From: a candidate division WOR-3 bacterium
GTDB lineage: Bacteria; Hydrothermota; Tepidihabitantia; Tepidihabitantales; Tepidihabitantaceae
Reading direction: 5' to 3'
Length of the DNA stretch: 62,607 bases
Assembly (NCBI GenBank): GCA_039801245.1
Contig: JBDRUF010000003.1
Span: forward strand, 1-62,607
The translations under genes and the position numbers were made by a program. Shown piece after piece: positions 32,391 through 42,801 of this stretch (its first letter is position 1; every line of letters starts with the position of its first letter). The notes below the pieces were generated by a model. It did not search any database and was not told the DNA's origin. It saw only the letters and a program-made list of their open reading frames with translations.

Positions 32391-35069
32391 ATGAAAGTGA
32401 AAATCTTAGCGGTAATCGCCCTGGTTACTGCCACCTTGTTTGCCTGGCCTGACCTGAAAAGACCGGTAGTAACGTCAAAGGATGGCGAGGAGTATATTGC
32501 CGGGCAGTTGATAATTGAACTGGCCCCGGAGTGCCGAGGCCGGGTCCAAATTTCCGAAAGGGATGGGATTGCCCTTTTTGGGATTGAGGCACTTGATGAG
32601 TTGCAGAGGAAGTGGCGGGTGGAGGAGATTGCACCCTTGTGGCGTAATCCGGTTGTTGACCCGGTTGCCAAGAAGTATGGGTGTGATTTGCAGTTTCTGA
32701 TTCAGTTTAATGTTGAGCAGGACATTACACCGGTGGCAAGGGATTATGAGCGGCTGAAAGAGGTTGTCGTTGTCTGCCCGAATAGCGTGATGCGGTTGGA
32801 TGAGGTGCCGAATGACCCGTCTTATAGCAGGCAGTGGCACTTTGTGAATTTAAATGCGCCCATCGCCTGGGGGATTGCCAAAGGGAAGACGAGCGTGATT
32901 AACTGTGTTCTTGATGATGGGGTGGATCTGTTTCATCCCGACATTGAGGCGAATCTCTGGATTAATGCCGCGGAGGACAGAAATGGGAATGGCAGGTTTG
33001 ATACCCTTCCCTATCCTGATGGCGACATTGACGGTGTTGACCAGGATATGAACGGATATGCGGATGATGTTGTTGGCTGGGACTTTATTGGCGCGGACCC
33101 GGTGCCGATGTGTGAGGGTAGTGACGACCATGGGACGCATTGCTGGGGGGTTGTGAATGCGGTGACAAACAACGGTGAAGGTGTTGCCGGTACAACCTGG
33201 AACAGCCGCTCAATGGCTTTGCGCTGTGGTGGCGGCGGCTCGGTGAATGTGTATGCAGCGGCAGCGGCGATATACTATTTTGTGCCGATGCATGCTTGGG
33301 CAGTTTCAATGAGTTTTGGCTCTGGTAGCCCGAATCAGGTGATGGCTGATGCCTGCCTTTATGCGTATGAGTCGGGTTTAGTCCTTTTTGGTTCTGCGGG
33401 TAATGATGGGTTAAGGGCGGTCCGTTATCCCGCCTGTTATGAAGGTGTGGAGAATGTTGCCGCATCTGGTCCTACTGACCGCAAGACATCCTGGTCAAAC
33501 TATGGACCCTGGGTTGATGTGACCGCACCGGGAGAGAACATCTATTCGACCGTGCCGCGCAGCCAGGGCTATTATCGTTCTATGGATGGGACATCAATGT
33601 CTGCGCCCCTTGCCGCTGGGGTTGCCTGTTGGATTAAATGCTTTGACACCACCGTTTCCAACGCCACCTGCCTGCAGATGTTGCATGATGCCTGCGACTC
33701 AATGCCTGATAGCCTTTATCTCGTGGGAGAGTTAGGTGCGGGCAGGGTTTCAATGGCAAATGTGGTTCTACCGTTATTCTACTGCAACCTGAAACTGACC
33801 GACTGGCGGTTCAACGATGGCGGTGGCAATGGCAGACCTGATCCAGGCGAGACGGTGTCATTGATTGTCACCTATACCAACAGCGCGGGCTGGCGCGATG
33901 CCACCAATGTCTCTGCCACCCTCGGCGTTTTGGGCACCGATGTGACAATCCTAAAAGGAAATGCCACCTTTCCCAATATTCCTGCCGGCTCAAGCGCAAA
34001 CTGCGCCGCAGACTCCTTTGTGATTCAGATTGGTCCGGATGCGCCCCCGGAGAGGATACGGTTCTTTTTGACGGTTAGCGCCCAGCCTCAGGCTGCCTAT
34101 CCTGACACCAATTTTCTTGTTCAGTCAGGCTCGCCCCGGGTCTTGGTTGTTGACGACGACGGTGGCCAGACATACGAGCGCTATTACACCAATGCCCTTG
34201 ACTCGAACCGCATCCTCTATGACATCTACTCGGTGCAGACATCCGGTTCACCATCGGCCGAGACCCTGAGGCATTACCCGGTGGTTATCTGGTTTACCGG
34301 TGACACCCGCACCAATACCTTGACCCCAACCGACCAGGCAAACCTCACCTCCTATCTTGACAACGGCGGCAAACTGATTCTCTCTGGGCAGAATATTGCG
34401 TTTGAACTTCAGGGAAGTCAGTTCCTTGCTGACTATCTCCACTCTTCATTTGTCACCGACTCCACTGGCAAACCCTATCTCGTTGGCATCAGTGGTGACC
34501 CATTGACAAGGGGTGATACGATGGTTCTCGGCGGTGGCGGTGGCGCCAACAACGCCCGTTCCAGCGATGCTGTCCTTCCGTTAGGTGAAGCGGTAGCCTG
34601 TGCCCGTTTCAAAGATTACCCTGACCCCAATGCCACGCCGATGATTCGTTATTCTGGCAATTACAAACTGGTCTTCTTCTCGGTAGCTTTTGAGGCGATT
34701 GACCATTCCAGCCGTTATCTCCAGCGCTGGACATTAATCAGGCGCATTTTTGAATGGTTTGGCGAAAGGCTCCCCGGGGTAGAGGAAATGCCCCCGGTAA
34801 CAGGGAGGCGACCTTATGCCTTGCATATCAGTCCGAATCCTTTCACGAAAGAGACAGGAGTTGGTTTTACTGCGCCAACAACAGGTTCGGTTGAACTACG
34901 GGTCTATGCACTCAACGGCAGGTTGCTGAAGACGATCAGGAGGGAGGTCAGGTTTGGTGAATATGTGCGGATTAAGGTTGATGCTGAGGATACGGCAAAC
35001 GGTATCTACCTTTTCCAGTTGGTAACATCAGATGGTGTTTACGCCCAGAAGGCGGCGGTGCTGCGTTAG
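32391..35069 (+). CDS. Subtilisin-like serine protease (S8) with T9SS-type C-terminal sorting domain
   Basis: Catalytic triad contexts VLDDGVD, DDHGTHCWG and GTSMSAPLAAG. The C-terminus reads ISPNPFTKETGVGF...VELRVYALNGRLL...GIYLFQL. ATG 32391 (MKVKILAVIAL) has AGGAGG upstream. Confidence 0.85.
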   Translation: MKVKILAVIALVTATLFAWPDLKRPVVTSKDGEEYIAGQLIIELAPECRGRVQISERDGIALFGIEALDELQRKWRVEEIAPLWRNPVVDPVAKKYGCDLQFLIQFNVEQDITPVARDYERLKEVVVVCPNSVMRLDEVPNDPSYSRQWHFVNLNAPIAWGIAKGKTSVINCVLDDGVDLFHPDIEANLWINAAEDRNGNGRFDTLPYPDGDIDGVDQDMNGYADDVVGWDFIGADPVPMCEGSDDHGTHCWGVVNAVTNNGEGVAGTTWNSRSMALRCGGGGSVNVYAAAAAIYYFVPMHAWAVSMSFGSGSPNQVMADACLYAYESGLVLFGSAGNDGLRAVRYPACYEGVENVAASGPTDRKTSWSNYGPWVDVTAPGENIYSTVPRSQGYYRSMDGTSMSAPLAAGVACWIKCFDTTVSNATCLQMLHDACDSMPDSLYLVGELGAGRVSMANVVLPLFYCNLKLTDWRFNDGGGNGRPDPGETVSLIVTYTNSAGWRDATNVSATLGVLGTDVTILKGNATFPNIPAGSSANCAADSFVIQIGPDAPPERIRFFLTVSAQPQAAYPDTNFLVQSGSPRVLVVDDDGGQTYERYYTNALDSNRILYDIYSVQTSGSPSAETLRHYPVVIWFTGDTRTNTLTPTDQANLTSYLDNGGKLILSGQNIAFELQGSQFLADYLHSSFVTDSTGKPYLVGISGDPLTRGDTMVLGGGGGANNARSSDAVLPLGEAVACARFKDYPDPNATPMIRYSGNYKLVFFSVAFEAIDHSSRYLQRWTLIRRIFEWFGERLPGVEEMPPVTGRRPYALHISPNPFTKETGVGFTAPTTGSVELRVYALNGRLLKTIRREVRFGEYVRIKVDAEDTANGIYLFQLVTSDGVYAQKAAVLR

Positions 35070-35087
35070 ACATTGCTAAGTTTTATG

Positions 35088-35120
35088 CGGGGCGTGAAAA
35101 AGCGCCCCGTTTTTATTTTT
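35088..35120 (+). terminator. Rho-independent terminator of the S8 protease gene
   Basis: CGGGGCG-tgaaaaag-CGCCCCG followed by TTTTTATTTTT. Confidence 0.75.
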
Positions 35121-35847
35121 ATATTCCCAATTCAAGCCGCTCTATCAGCGGTCTTGGTAAGCCAAAAGTAAACATCTTCTTTTGGGTGGTAAGGATATCG
35201 TAAGGAATGCGGTGGAAAGAGGCCCGTTTTTCTTTCAGGTCGATAAGCGCGCAGCAGGCACGCGGGTCACCGTCTCTTGGCTGCCCAACACTCCCAATAT
35301 TGATGAGATAGCGGGCATCTGGCTGGAGAGAAAATGCAGGGGTAGGTATTGTCCGTACCGGTCCAATCGGAGGCTTTTCTACTATTAGCGGCCGGTGGGT
35401 GTGACCCACAAGGCAAATTTCAAAAGGGCAGGCGCGAAGTTCGGAAAAAGCCTCTTCAATTGTGAAGATGTATTCCCAGTTTTGCGGGGCAGAGGGGGAG
35501 GCGTGGACAAGGTGAAGTGAGTTGAGATTCATCGTTAAAGGAAGGCTGGAGAGGAACAAGAGGTGCTCTGGTTTTAGTCTTTTTTGCGTCCACTTTAGGG
35601 CAGCCACGGCCAGATGATTAAAGTGGCTTATTGGAGTTTTACCTAGGGTACCCCAGTCGTGGTTGCCGGCAACAACCTTTGCCTGCGCCTGTTGTAAAAG
35701 TTCGATGCAGGCTTCAGGGTCGGGCCCATAACCGACGACATCACCTAAAGATATGACTTGGTCCACCCCCTCTTGGCGGAAGAAGTTGAGGACAGCGGTG
35801 AGTGCCTCAAGGTTGGCGTGGACATCGCTGATTGCGCCAAGCTTCAT
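35119..35847 (-). CDS. Metallophosphoesterase (calcineurin-like, YfcE/MJ0936-like)
   Basis: [19 protein letters not shown] and GHTH motifs. Confidence 0.8.
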   Translation of the reverse strand: MKLGAISDVHANLEALTAVLNFFRQEGVDQVISLGDVVGYGPDPEACIELLQQAQAKVVAGNHDWGTLGKTPISHFNHLAVAALKWTQKRLKPEHLLFLSSLPLTMNLNSLHLVHASPSAPQNWEYIFTIEEAFSELRACPFEICLVGHTHRPLIVEKPPIGPVRTIPTPAFSLQPDARYLINIGSVGQPRDGDPRACCALIDLKEKRASFHRIPYDILTTQKKMFTFGLPRPLIERLELGI

Positions 35848-36275
35848 CGGGGCGAATCGGTCTTTACTGCCTTGTTTCTTCCCTTGAAGACGCCGTCAAG
35901 GACGCCATTGACAAATTTACCAGCCTTGTCATCACCGAACTTCTTTGCCAGTTCTACCGCCTCGTTAATCGCCACCTTCGGTGGAATGTCATCAAAGTAG
36001 AGGATCTCGGCACAGCCGATGCGGAGTATCGCCCGGTCAAGGTAGGTGAGTCTTTCAAGGCGCCACCGTTTGAGATGGCGGCGGAGCGTGGCGTCAATCT
36101 CAGCGAGGTTTTTTTCGACCGTATCAACAAGTCGGCGGAGATAGGTTTCAGCCTCTTCTGATGGATTTTTGCGGGCGCAGATTTCCTGGATGGTATCGGT
36201 GGGCTCATCGCCAACCAGGTCAAGCCGGTAAAGGACCTCAATCGCACTTTCCCGGGCGAGCCGGCGCTGGGTCAT
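35844..36275 (-). CDS. nusB: Transcription antitermination factor NusB
   Basis: 143 aa with [17 protein letters not shown]...[12 protein letters not shown]. Confidence 0.85.
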   Translation of the reverse strand: MTQRRLARESAIEVLYRLDLVGDEPTDTIQEICARKNPSEEAETYLRRLVDTVEKNLAEIDATLRRHLKRWRLERLTYLDRAILRIGCAEILYFDDIPPKVAINEAVELAKKFGDDKAGKFVNGVLDGVFKGRNKAVKTDSPR

Positions 36276-36292
36276 CGAGCGAGGTATTTTAT

Positions 36293-36757
36293 TTAACCTT
36301 CATCCCAAGGGATGTTAGTAAGTTCGATGGCGGAAAGGGCAGCGTTCCAGCCTTTGTTGCCTTGTTTGGCACCTGCCCTTTCCAGTGCCTGCTCGAGGTT
36401 GTCAGCGGTGATGATGCCGAATGTTACAGGGACACCGGTTTTGAAGGCCACTTTGGCAAGCCCTTTCGCGACCTCGGCGGAAATGTATTCGGCATGGGGT
36501 GTATCACCCCGGATTACCGCACCAAGGCCAATCAAGGCGTCGTATTTTTTGGTGGTGGCAAGGCGTAGGGCAACGGGCGGGATTTCAAACGAACCCGGTA
36601 CCCAGACAACCGTGACCTCACGGGCGTTATGGCGCTCAAGGCAGTCAAGCGCGCCCGCGAGAAGTTCCCGGCTGATGAGTTCGTTAAACCTTGAGACCAC
36701 CAAGGCGAATGTTTTGCCGGTGGCATCTAACTTACCTTTCAATTCATATCTTTCCAT
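36293..36757 (-). CDS. ribH: 6,7-dimethyl-8-ribityllumazine synthase
   Basis: [12 protein letters not shown]...[10 protein letters not shown]...[11 protein letters not shown]... Confidence 0.9.
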   Translation of the reverse strand: MERYELKGKLDATGKTFALVVSRFNELISRELLAGALDCLERHNAREVTVVWVPGSFEIPPVALRLATTKKYDALIGLGAVIRGDTPHAEYISAEVAKGLAKVAFKTGVPVTFGIITADNLEQALERAGAKQGNKGWNAALSAIELTNIPWDEG

Positions 36758-38014
36758 TTACACTCCTTTCTCAATTGGACCCAAAAGATGCCCCAGGCGG
36801 TCCCTTTTGGTTATCAAATATTTCAGGTTTTTGCGATTGGGTTTGACCACAATCGGCACCCTTTCGACAATCTTAAGACCAAACCCAGCGAGTCCAACAA
36901 CCTTGCACGGGTTGTTGGTCAAAAGCCGAATAGAGGAAAGACCAAGGTCAGAGAGTATCTGGGCACCAATGCCATAATCACGGAGGTCGGGTGGGAAGCC
37001 GAGTGCCAGATTGGCATCAACCGTATCAAGCCCTTTGTCTTGGAGGGCATAGGCACGAATTTTGTTCGTTATGCCGATGCCCCTTCCTTCTTGGCGCATA
37101 TATACTAAGACACCCAAGCCCTCCTCGGCGATCATCTTCAGCGCCTGGGCAAGTTGCTCGCCGCAGTCGCAACGCAAGGAGTGAAGAACATCGCCGGTGA
37201 GACATTGGGAATGGACACGCACAAGGACCCTTTCCTTCCCCTTAACCTCTCCTTTAACCAGTGCAAGATGGGCATAACCTTCGACCTTGTCTTCGTACAC
37301 AATCAGACGGAAATCACCAAACTTTGTCGGGAGGTTGGTCTCAATCAGGCGCTGAACGAGGATCTCTCGGTGGCGCCGGTAGTCAATTAAATCCTTGACG
37401 GTGATAATCTTGAGCCCAAACCTTTTTGCCAACCGCTTTAGTTGTGGCAGGCGCGCCATTTTGCCATCATCAGCCATAATTTCACATATGACACCCGCGG
37501 GTTGGAGACCGGCAAGGCGGGCGAGGTCAACAGCGGCTTCAGTATGTCCTGCACGTACCAATACCCCACCTGTACGGGCCATCAGCGGGAAAATGTGTCC
37601 GGGGCGGGCAAGGTCAGAAGGCTTGGTTTTCGGGTCAACCAAGGCTTTTATTGTGATTGCCCGGTCATGGGCAGAAATGCCGGTGGTTGTTCCCCTCACT
37701 GCGTCAACGGAAACGGTCCAGGCGGTACCATGGAGCGCAGTAGAGTTGGTGGTCTGGGCAACCAGTTCCAGTTCTGCACATCGCTCCGGGGTAAGGGCAA
37801 CGCAGATTAAGCCGCGTGCATACTTTGCCATAAAGTTGACCTTTGCTGGGGTGATTTTTTCTGCAGCACACACAAGGTCACCTTCATTTTCCCTTTCCTC
37901 ATCGTCGACCACAATCAGAAGCCTACCTTGCCGTATTTCCTTAAGCGCTTCAGAAACCGAGGCAAATCCGCTATTTAACTGTTGACAAGGGCGTTTTTCC
38001 TTAACTCGGGGCAT
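36758..38014 (-). CDS. ribBA: Bifunctional 3,4-dihydroxy-2-butanone-4-phosphate synthase / GTP cyclohydrolase II
   Basis: DDEERENEGDLV (DHBP synthase) and VRVHSQCLTGDVLHSLRCDCG (GTP cyclohydrolase II zinc site). Confidence 0.9.
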   Translation of the reverse strand: MPRVKEKRPCQQLNSGFASVSEALKEIRQGRLLIVVDDEERENEGDLVCAAEKITPAKVNFMAKYARGLICVALTPERCAELELVAQTTNSTALHGTAWTVSVDAVRGTTTGISAHDRAITIKALVDPKTKPSDLARPGHIFPLMARTGGVLVRAGHTEAAVDLARLAGLQPAGVICEIMADDGKMARLPQLKRLAKRFGLKIITVKDLIDYRRHREILVQRLIETNLPTKFGDFRLIVYEDKVEGYAHLALVKGEVKGKERVLVRVHSQCLTGDVLHSLRCDCGEQLAQALKMIAEEGLGVLVYMRQEGRGIGITNKIRAYALQDKGLDTVDANLALGFPPDLRDYGIGAQILSDLGLSSIRLLTNNPCKVVGLAGFGLKIVERVPIVVKPNRKNLKYLITKRDRLGHLLGPIEKGV

Positions 38015-38100
38015 AATTAATTAAAAGATACCCTATTAGGGTGGAAAGTCAAGTCTTAGGTTGTGACCGCAGAAGGAAATTCCGATTGCCATTTAGAAGT

Positions 38101-38128
38101 TTGACACTAAAAAGAAAGAGGGTATTAT
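38101..38128 (+). promoter_or_regulatory. Promoter TTGACA-N16-TATTAT ending 6 nt before ATG 38135 (leaderless-type)
   Basis: TTGACA at 38101-38106 and TATTAT at 38123-38128. Confidence 0.4.
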
Positions 38129-38134
38129 TAAAAT

Positions 38135-39637
38135 ATGTGTTTATTGAAAAAGAAAAGTCGGGAAGTTATTATTGTTCTCCTTATTTGTCTTTTTATGCCC
38201 GCTTGGGGCTTGATTAAAATCAATCAGGAGACTCTGCCTGCACCGGTTATTCATCCCCACTCATTTGAACTTCTTGCCAACAGCCGCTATTCGGTTCATG
38301 CTGGTTTTGAGGGCAGGTTACCGGTGCAGGTACTTGCCAATATCCTCTGGGCGATGAGCCATGTGCCCCACTTAGGGGGGTATCAGGAGTTATATGTTGC
38401 CACCGAAGAAAATGTCTATCTTTATCAGCCCGGGAGCCGAACATTGACCCTGCACCTTGCCGGTGACCATCGATACAACTCTGGGTCTGCATTTGAAGTC
38501 GGGGTGGCAACACCGAGGCATGAGGAGGCGGGTATGGCAGTTCAGGCGGGGCTTTTGGCAGCCATTGCATTCTGGGATGACACCGCTGAAGTTGTCTGCT
38601 GTCCGATGAAATGGGCGGCAGATTATGCCAACCGCAACTGGCACCCCAGACACGAAATAAAAATGGTGAATGTATTTGGCAGGGCGCCGGCACGCGGGCT
38701 GGATACAACCTTGGTGGCAATCTCCTCTGACTCCAGCCTCCCTCCACCATTTACTAATGGCACGGACACCTTTGAACTGATTTTGATGGATTTGACGCAG
38801 GACTCGGTTTTCTCGAACGCAAGGCTTTCGCTTGAGACCGTTTCCCAGCTCCTCTGGGCTGGTTACGGGGTCACACCGCATATCACCACCAATGGTCGCC
38901 AGGGGTTGGTTGTCCCTAGTGCGCTTGCTGGTTATTTCCTGACGAGCAAGATATATCTGGTGAGGGAGGAGGGGGTTGACCGGTATTATAACCGTCTTCC
39001 CGGGGACACAAACTTAAGAACCAAAGATCACCGACTCGAGCGGTTTGTCTGGGGTGACCGGCGCAATGATTTGCGGCTTGCCTGTGAAAGGGTTCCTTCG
39101 TCCGCTCCGGTGTATATTGTTGTTTGTGTCAATGACACCTCCTCTTATCGGACGATGCAGGAGGCGGGGTTTGTGGCCTTTAATCTTTTGATGCAGGCAA
39201 GGGCGCTCGGGCTTGGTGGGTATATTACCATGCCATTGACTCCCCAGGAGCGGAGTGCAATTAAGAATGCGCTCCTTTTGCCGACAAGCCACCATCCGGT
39301 TTTTGTTTTTTCCTGTGGGGAGCTGACGGCCGGGATAAAAGGGCAGGCAGTGCGCCCGGGGGTGGTGCAGATTGTTCGCGCCCAGCCAGCGGTACGAAAG
39401 GGTAATTTGAAGGTGGAGTATTTGTTGCGTCAACCCGCTCTTGTCCAGGCAGAGGTGTTTGACCTCTTGGGGAGACCGGTGAAGACCATTTTTGAGGAAA
39501 AGCAGGCGCCTGGCTACCATTCGTTTATATGGGATGGCACCAACGAACAGGGTCGGCCGGTGCGCCGGGGCAGTTATCTTATTACCATCTCGGCAGGTGG
39601 GAACTTTGCTCAGCACAAGGTGACCTGGGCAAGGTAA
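38135..39637 (+). CDS. Secreted SagB/ThcOx-like nitroreductase-fold protein with FlgD-Ig/T9SS-type C-terminal domain
   Basis: Signal-like N-terminus VIIVLLICLFMPAWG. Nitroreductase-family patterns are LANILWAMSHVP, VSQLLWAGYGVTPH..GRQGLVVPSALAGY and AGFVAFNLLMQARALGLGG. The C-terminus reads EVFDLLGRPVKTIFEE...GYHSFIWDGTNEQGRPVRRGSYLITI. Confidence 0.65.
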   Translation: MCLLKKKSREVIIVLLICLFMPAWGLIKINQETLPAPVIHPHSFELLANSRYSVHAGFEGRLPVQVLANILWAMSHVPHLGGYQELYVATEENVYLYQPGSRTLTLHLAGDHRYNSGSAFEVGVATPRHEEAGMAVQAGLLAAIAFWDDTAEVVCCPMKWAADYANRNWHPRHEIKMVNVFGRAPARGLDTTLVAISSDSSLPPPFTNGTDTFELILMDLTQDSVFSNARLSLETVSQLLWAGYGVTPHITTNGRQGLVVPSALAGYFLTSKIYLVREEGVDRYYNRLPGDTNLRTKDHRLERFVWGDRRNDLRLACERVPSSAPVYIVVCVNDTSSYRTMQEAGFVAFNLLMQARALGLGGYITMPLTPQERSAIKNALLLPTSHHPVFVFSCGELTAGIKGQAVRPGVVQIVRAQPAVRKGNLKVEYLLRQPALVQAEVFDLLGRPVKTIFEEKQAPGYHSFIWDGTNEQGRPVRRGSYLITISAGGNFAQHKVTWAR

Positions 39638-39648
39638 TCCGCTTTCTG

Positions 39649-39676
39649 TTGACAATTCTTTTTCTCTGCTTAGAAT
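39649..39676 (+). promoter_or_regulatory. Promoter TTGACA-N16-TAGAAT for the yebC-ruvCAB operon (leadered, SD present)
   Basis: TTGACA at 39649-39654, TAGAAT at 39671-39676, and AGGAGG before ATG 39721. Confidence 0.5.
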
Positions 39677-39720
39677 CTATTAAAAGCAGGTGATGAAAAA
39701 CTTGAATTCAGGAGGATTTT

Positions 39721-40479
39721 ATGTCTGGACATTCGAAATGGGCAACGATTAAGCACAAAAAGAGTAAACTTGATGCTGCTCGCGGTCGGGCATTTTCCAA
39801 GTTGATACGGGAGATAACCACCGCTGCCCGGATCGGGGGTGGTGATATTGAGGCGAATCCACGGCTGCGCACCGCAGTAGAGGCGGCACGGGCGATAAAT
39901 ATGCCCGCGGAAAATATTGAGCGGGCGATCAAGCGTGGAACAGGTGAACTTCCTGGCGTCTTTTATGAAGAGGTCTTTTATGAAGGGTATGCACCGGGTG
40001 GGGTGGCGCTTTTAATTCGGGCTTTAACCGATAACAAGAACCGGACCACCGCGGAGATTCGCCATGTGTTTGACAAGTACGGTGGCTCAATGGGGGCTGC
40101 GGGCTGTGTTGCCTGGCAGTTCAAGCCCAAGGGGATAATTGTGATTGACCGGGCAAAGGCAGAGGAGGATACGGTCTTGGCAGCGGCGCTTGAGGCTGGT
40201 GCGGATGATGTTCAGAGCGACAAGAGCAACTTTACCGTGGTTACCCCGGTTGAGAGTTTTGAGGCGGTAAAGCAGCAGCTGAAAAATTTGGGGATTGAGT
40301 GGGAAAGGGCTGAGTTGACACAAATTGCCACCAATACCGTCCCGGTTTCTGAGGCGGATGCACCTAAGGTGTTGAAACTTATTGAGATGCTGGAGGAGTT
40401 GGAGGAGGTGCAGCAGGTCTATGCCAACTTTGATATCCCAGATGAGGTCTTAGAGAGGGTTGGTTCCGCGGGCGGATAG
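39721..40479 (+). CDS. yebC: YebC/PmpR family DNA-binding transcriptional regulator
   Basis: MSGHSKWATIKHKK N-terminus; 252 aa. Confidence 0.9.
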   Translation: MSGHSKWATIKHKKSKLDAARGRAFSKLIREITTAARIGGGDIEANPRLRTAVEAARAINMPAENIERAIKRGTGELPGVFYEEVFYEGYAPGGVALLIRALTDNKNRTTAEIRHVFDKYGGSMGAAGCVAWQFKPKGIIVIDRAKAEEDTVLAAALEAGADDVQSDKSNFTVVTPVESFEAVKQQLKNLGIEWERAELTQIATNTVPVSEADAPKVLKLIEMLEELEEVQQVYANFDIPDEVLERVGSAGG

Positions 40480-40961
40480 TGCGAAAAGGAGCACCGGGCA
40501 GGATATTAGGGGTTGACCCAGGGTTGAGCGCTACCGGTTTTGGCATTATTGATAAACAGGGCGGGGTTTTGACCCAGGGGGTGATAAAAACCGACCCATC
40601 TTGGGAGTTGCCGGTAAGGCTTTTTTATTTGGGTCAGGAGATTAATAAGATATTGAGAAGGTATCAGCCCGAATGCTGCGCAATCGAGAGCCTTTTTTTT
40701 AAAGGTGGCGGTGCGCGGAGTGTGATTCTTTCCGCAGAGTCCCGCGGGGTAATATTGGCGGCTTTAGCCAGGAATAAGATTCCGGTTTATGAAATTACCC
40801 CTGCCACGGTGAAACTGGCGGTCACCGGCTCAGGCAGGGCATCAAAGCGGCAGTTGAATTATATGATTAGAAAGATACTGAAATTTGATGACGGACTTTC
40901 CGAGCATGCCGCAGATGCCCTGGCTGTTGCCTACTGTCTGAGAAACCGGCTTAAGAGATGA
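40479..40961 (+). CDS. ruvC: Crossover junction endodeoxyribonuclease RuvC
   Basis: ILGVDPGLSATGFGII, with AADALAVAYC near the C-terminus. GTG start. Confidence 0.85.
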   Translation: MRKGAPGRILGVDPGLSATGFGIIDKQGGVLTQGVIKTDPSWELPVRLFYLGQEINKILRRYQPECCAIESLFFKGGGARSVILSAESRGVILAALARNKIPVYEITPATVKLAVTGSGRASKRQLNYMIRKILKFDDGLSEHAADALAVAYCLRNRLKR

Positions 40962-41542
40962 TCGCCATTTTGAGGGGAAGGGTTTTAACAAAGGAGCCGA
41001 CAAGGGCGGTCCTTGATGTTAATGGCATCGGTTTTGAACTTAGGGTACCGCTTTCCACATCCAGCCGGTTGCCAGAGCCGGGTAATGAGGCAACGGTTCT
41101 CGTTGAGGTGGGGTTCACTAAGGCTGGTGTTGAGCTTTTCGGCTTTTTTGATAAGAAGGAGCAGGAGGTTTTCCGGCTAATAACCGCGGTAAAAGGGGTT
41201 GGTCCAAGGGCGGCTCTGAACCTACTTTCAAGGTTTGAGCCGGAGGAGGTGGTGGAAGCAATTAAAAACAAGGATGTGGGGTTTCTCCGCTCAGTTCCCG
41301 GTATTGGCGAGAAAAAGGCGGGCGAGATAATCAAGCGTTTTGAGGGCGAGAAAAAGGAGTTTGCCAGGAGAGCGGTAAAACTGCCCGAGAGGCTTTCCCG
41401 GCTCAAAACTGATGCGGTTAATGCACTTGTCTCCCTTGGTTTGAGCAGGAGGGAGGCGGAGGAAAGGCTGAACCGGCTGGAGCTTAAGGAGGAGATGAGC
41501 CTGCAGGAGGTTTTGAAAAGGGCGCTCAGGCAGGGAAAATAG
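40958..41542 (+). CDS. ruvA: Holliday junction branch migration protein RuvA
   Basis: MIAILRGRV...GIGFEL...VKGVGPRAALNLLS...VPGIGEKKAGEI (HhH motifs). Confidence 0.9.
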   Translation: MIAILRGRVLTKEPTRAVLDVNGIGFELRVPLSTSSRLPEPGNEATVLVEVGFTKAGVELFGFFDKKEQEVFRLITAVKGVGPRAALNLLSRFEPEEVVEAIKNKDVGFLRSVPGIGEKKAGEIIKRFEGEKKEFARRAVKLPERLSRLKTDAVNALVSLGLSRREAEERLNRLELKEEMSLQEVLKRALRQGK

Positions 41543-41548
41543 TAGGTT

Positions 41549-42577
41549 ATGAAGAAGTTGGTGGAAAGGGTGTCATCACCACAGCGGCTTAACGGCGAGG
41601 AGAGGTTTGATGAGACCTTAAGACCGAGGACATTAAAGGAGTTTATCGGGCAGAAAAAAATTAAGGAGAACCTGAGGATTTTTATTGAGGCGGCGCGGAT
41701 GAGGCAGGAGCCGTTGGAGCATATCCTCCTTTCCGGACCACCAGGGTTGGGAAAGACAACCCTTGCCCATATCGTTGCCCAGGAGATGCAGACCGAGATT
41801 CGCTGTTCCTCAGGTCCGGTGTTGGAAAGGCCGGCTGACCTTGCCGGAATCCTGACCGGTCTTAACCCGGGCGATGTTTTTTTTATTGATGAGATTCACC
41901 GGACAAACAAGGCGGTTGAGGAGTTTCTATATCCGGCACTTGAGGAGTTTGCCATTGATGTGATGCTTGATCGGGGACCGGGTGCGCGTTCGGAAAGGAT
42001 TGCCCTTTCAGCATTTACCCTTATTGGCGCAACAACCCGGACCGGTCTTTTAACAGCACCATTGAGGTCGAGGTTTGGAATTTCACTGAGGCTTGATTAC
42101 TACCCGGCAGAGGAGCTTTATGAGATTGTCCTGCGCAGCGCGAGAATTCTTAAAATCGGTATCAATGATGAGGGTGCCTATGAGATTGCCAGGCGCTCAA
42201 GAGGGACACCAAGGATTGCCAATAGACTATTGCGCAGGGTAAGGGATTATGCCCAGGTTAAGGGTAATGATTTGATTGATAAGGAGATAGCGCAATATGC
42301 CCTTGCCCAACTTGATGTTGATTCACGGGGGCTGGATGAGATGGATAAGAGGATAATTTTGACCGTTATTGATAAGTTTGGTGGGGGGCCAGTGGGGATT
42401 AATTCCATTTCCGTTGCGGTTAGCGAGGACCCAGGAACAATTGAGGAGGTTTACGAGCCATTTTTAGTCCAAGAGGGGTTTATCCAGCGCACACCAAGGG
42501 GCAGGATAGCAACCCCGCTTGCTTATAGGCATTTTGGCAGAAAGCCTCCTTTCTCGGACCAGTCCGCTCTTTTTTGA
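41549..42577 (+). CDS. ruvB: Holliday junction branch migration DNA helicase RuvB
   Basis: [28 protein letters not shown] and [16 protein letters not shown]. Confidence 0.95.
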   Translation: MKKLVERVSSPQRLNGEERFDETLRPRTLKEFIGQKKIKENLRIFIEAARMRQEPLEHILLSGPPGLGKTTLAHIVAQEMQTEIRCSSGPVLERPADLAGILTGLNPGDVFFIDEIHRTNKAVEEFLYPALEEFAIDVMLDRGPGARSERIALSAFTLIGATTRTGLLTAPLRSRFGISLRLDYYPAEELYEIVLRSARILKIGINDEGAYEIARRSRGTPRIANRLLRRVRDYAQVKGNDLIDKEIAQYALAQLDVDSRGLDEMDKRIILTVIDKFGGGPVGINSISVAVSEDPGTIEEVYEPFLVQEGFIQRTPRGRIATPLAYRHFGRKPPFSDQSALF

Positions 42578-42767
42578 TTTAAGAAAAAGCCCAGTTTAAG
42601 GGTAGCATCAATTTAAAATTTTAAACGGGCAACATATCTATATCTTTCGCTGATACAAGAGTTATCCTAATTTCTCCGCCACGATAAGGGGGGTGACCCC
42701 CGGGGTGGATTGGAAGGGCAGGGTTTTGGCATATGTTAACCTATTGTTAAGGTTAAGGCAGATTTTC

Positions 42768-42796
42768 TTGACAGGTGGCTGATATAAGGATAATTA
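42768..42796 (+). promoter_or_regulatory. Promoter TTGACA-N17-TAATTA ending 5 nt before ATG 42802 (leaderless-type)
   Basis: TTGACA at 42768-42773 and TAATTA at 42791-42796. Confidence 0.4.
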
Positions 42797-42801
42797 TTGG
42801 T

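Noticed and set aside
38015-38134. Expected FMN riboswitch upstream of ribBA
   Set aside because: Only 120 nt separate ribBA from the divergent gene. I could not find the conserved FMN-aptamer segments (e.g. GGGGCGGGGUGAAAUUCCC-like), so the space looks filled by two divergent promoters.
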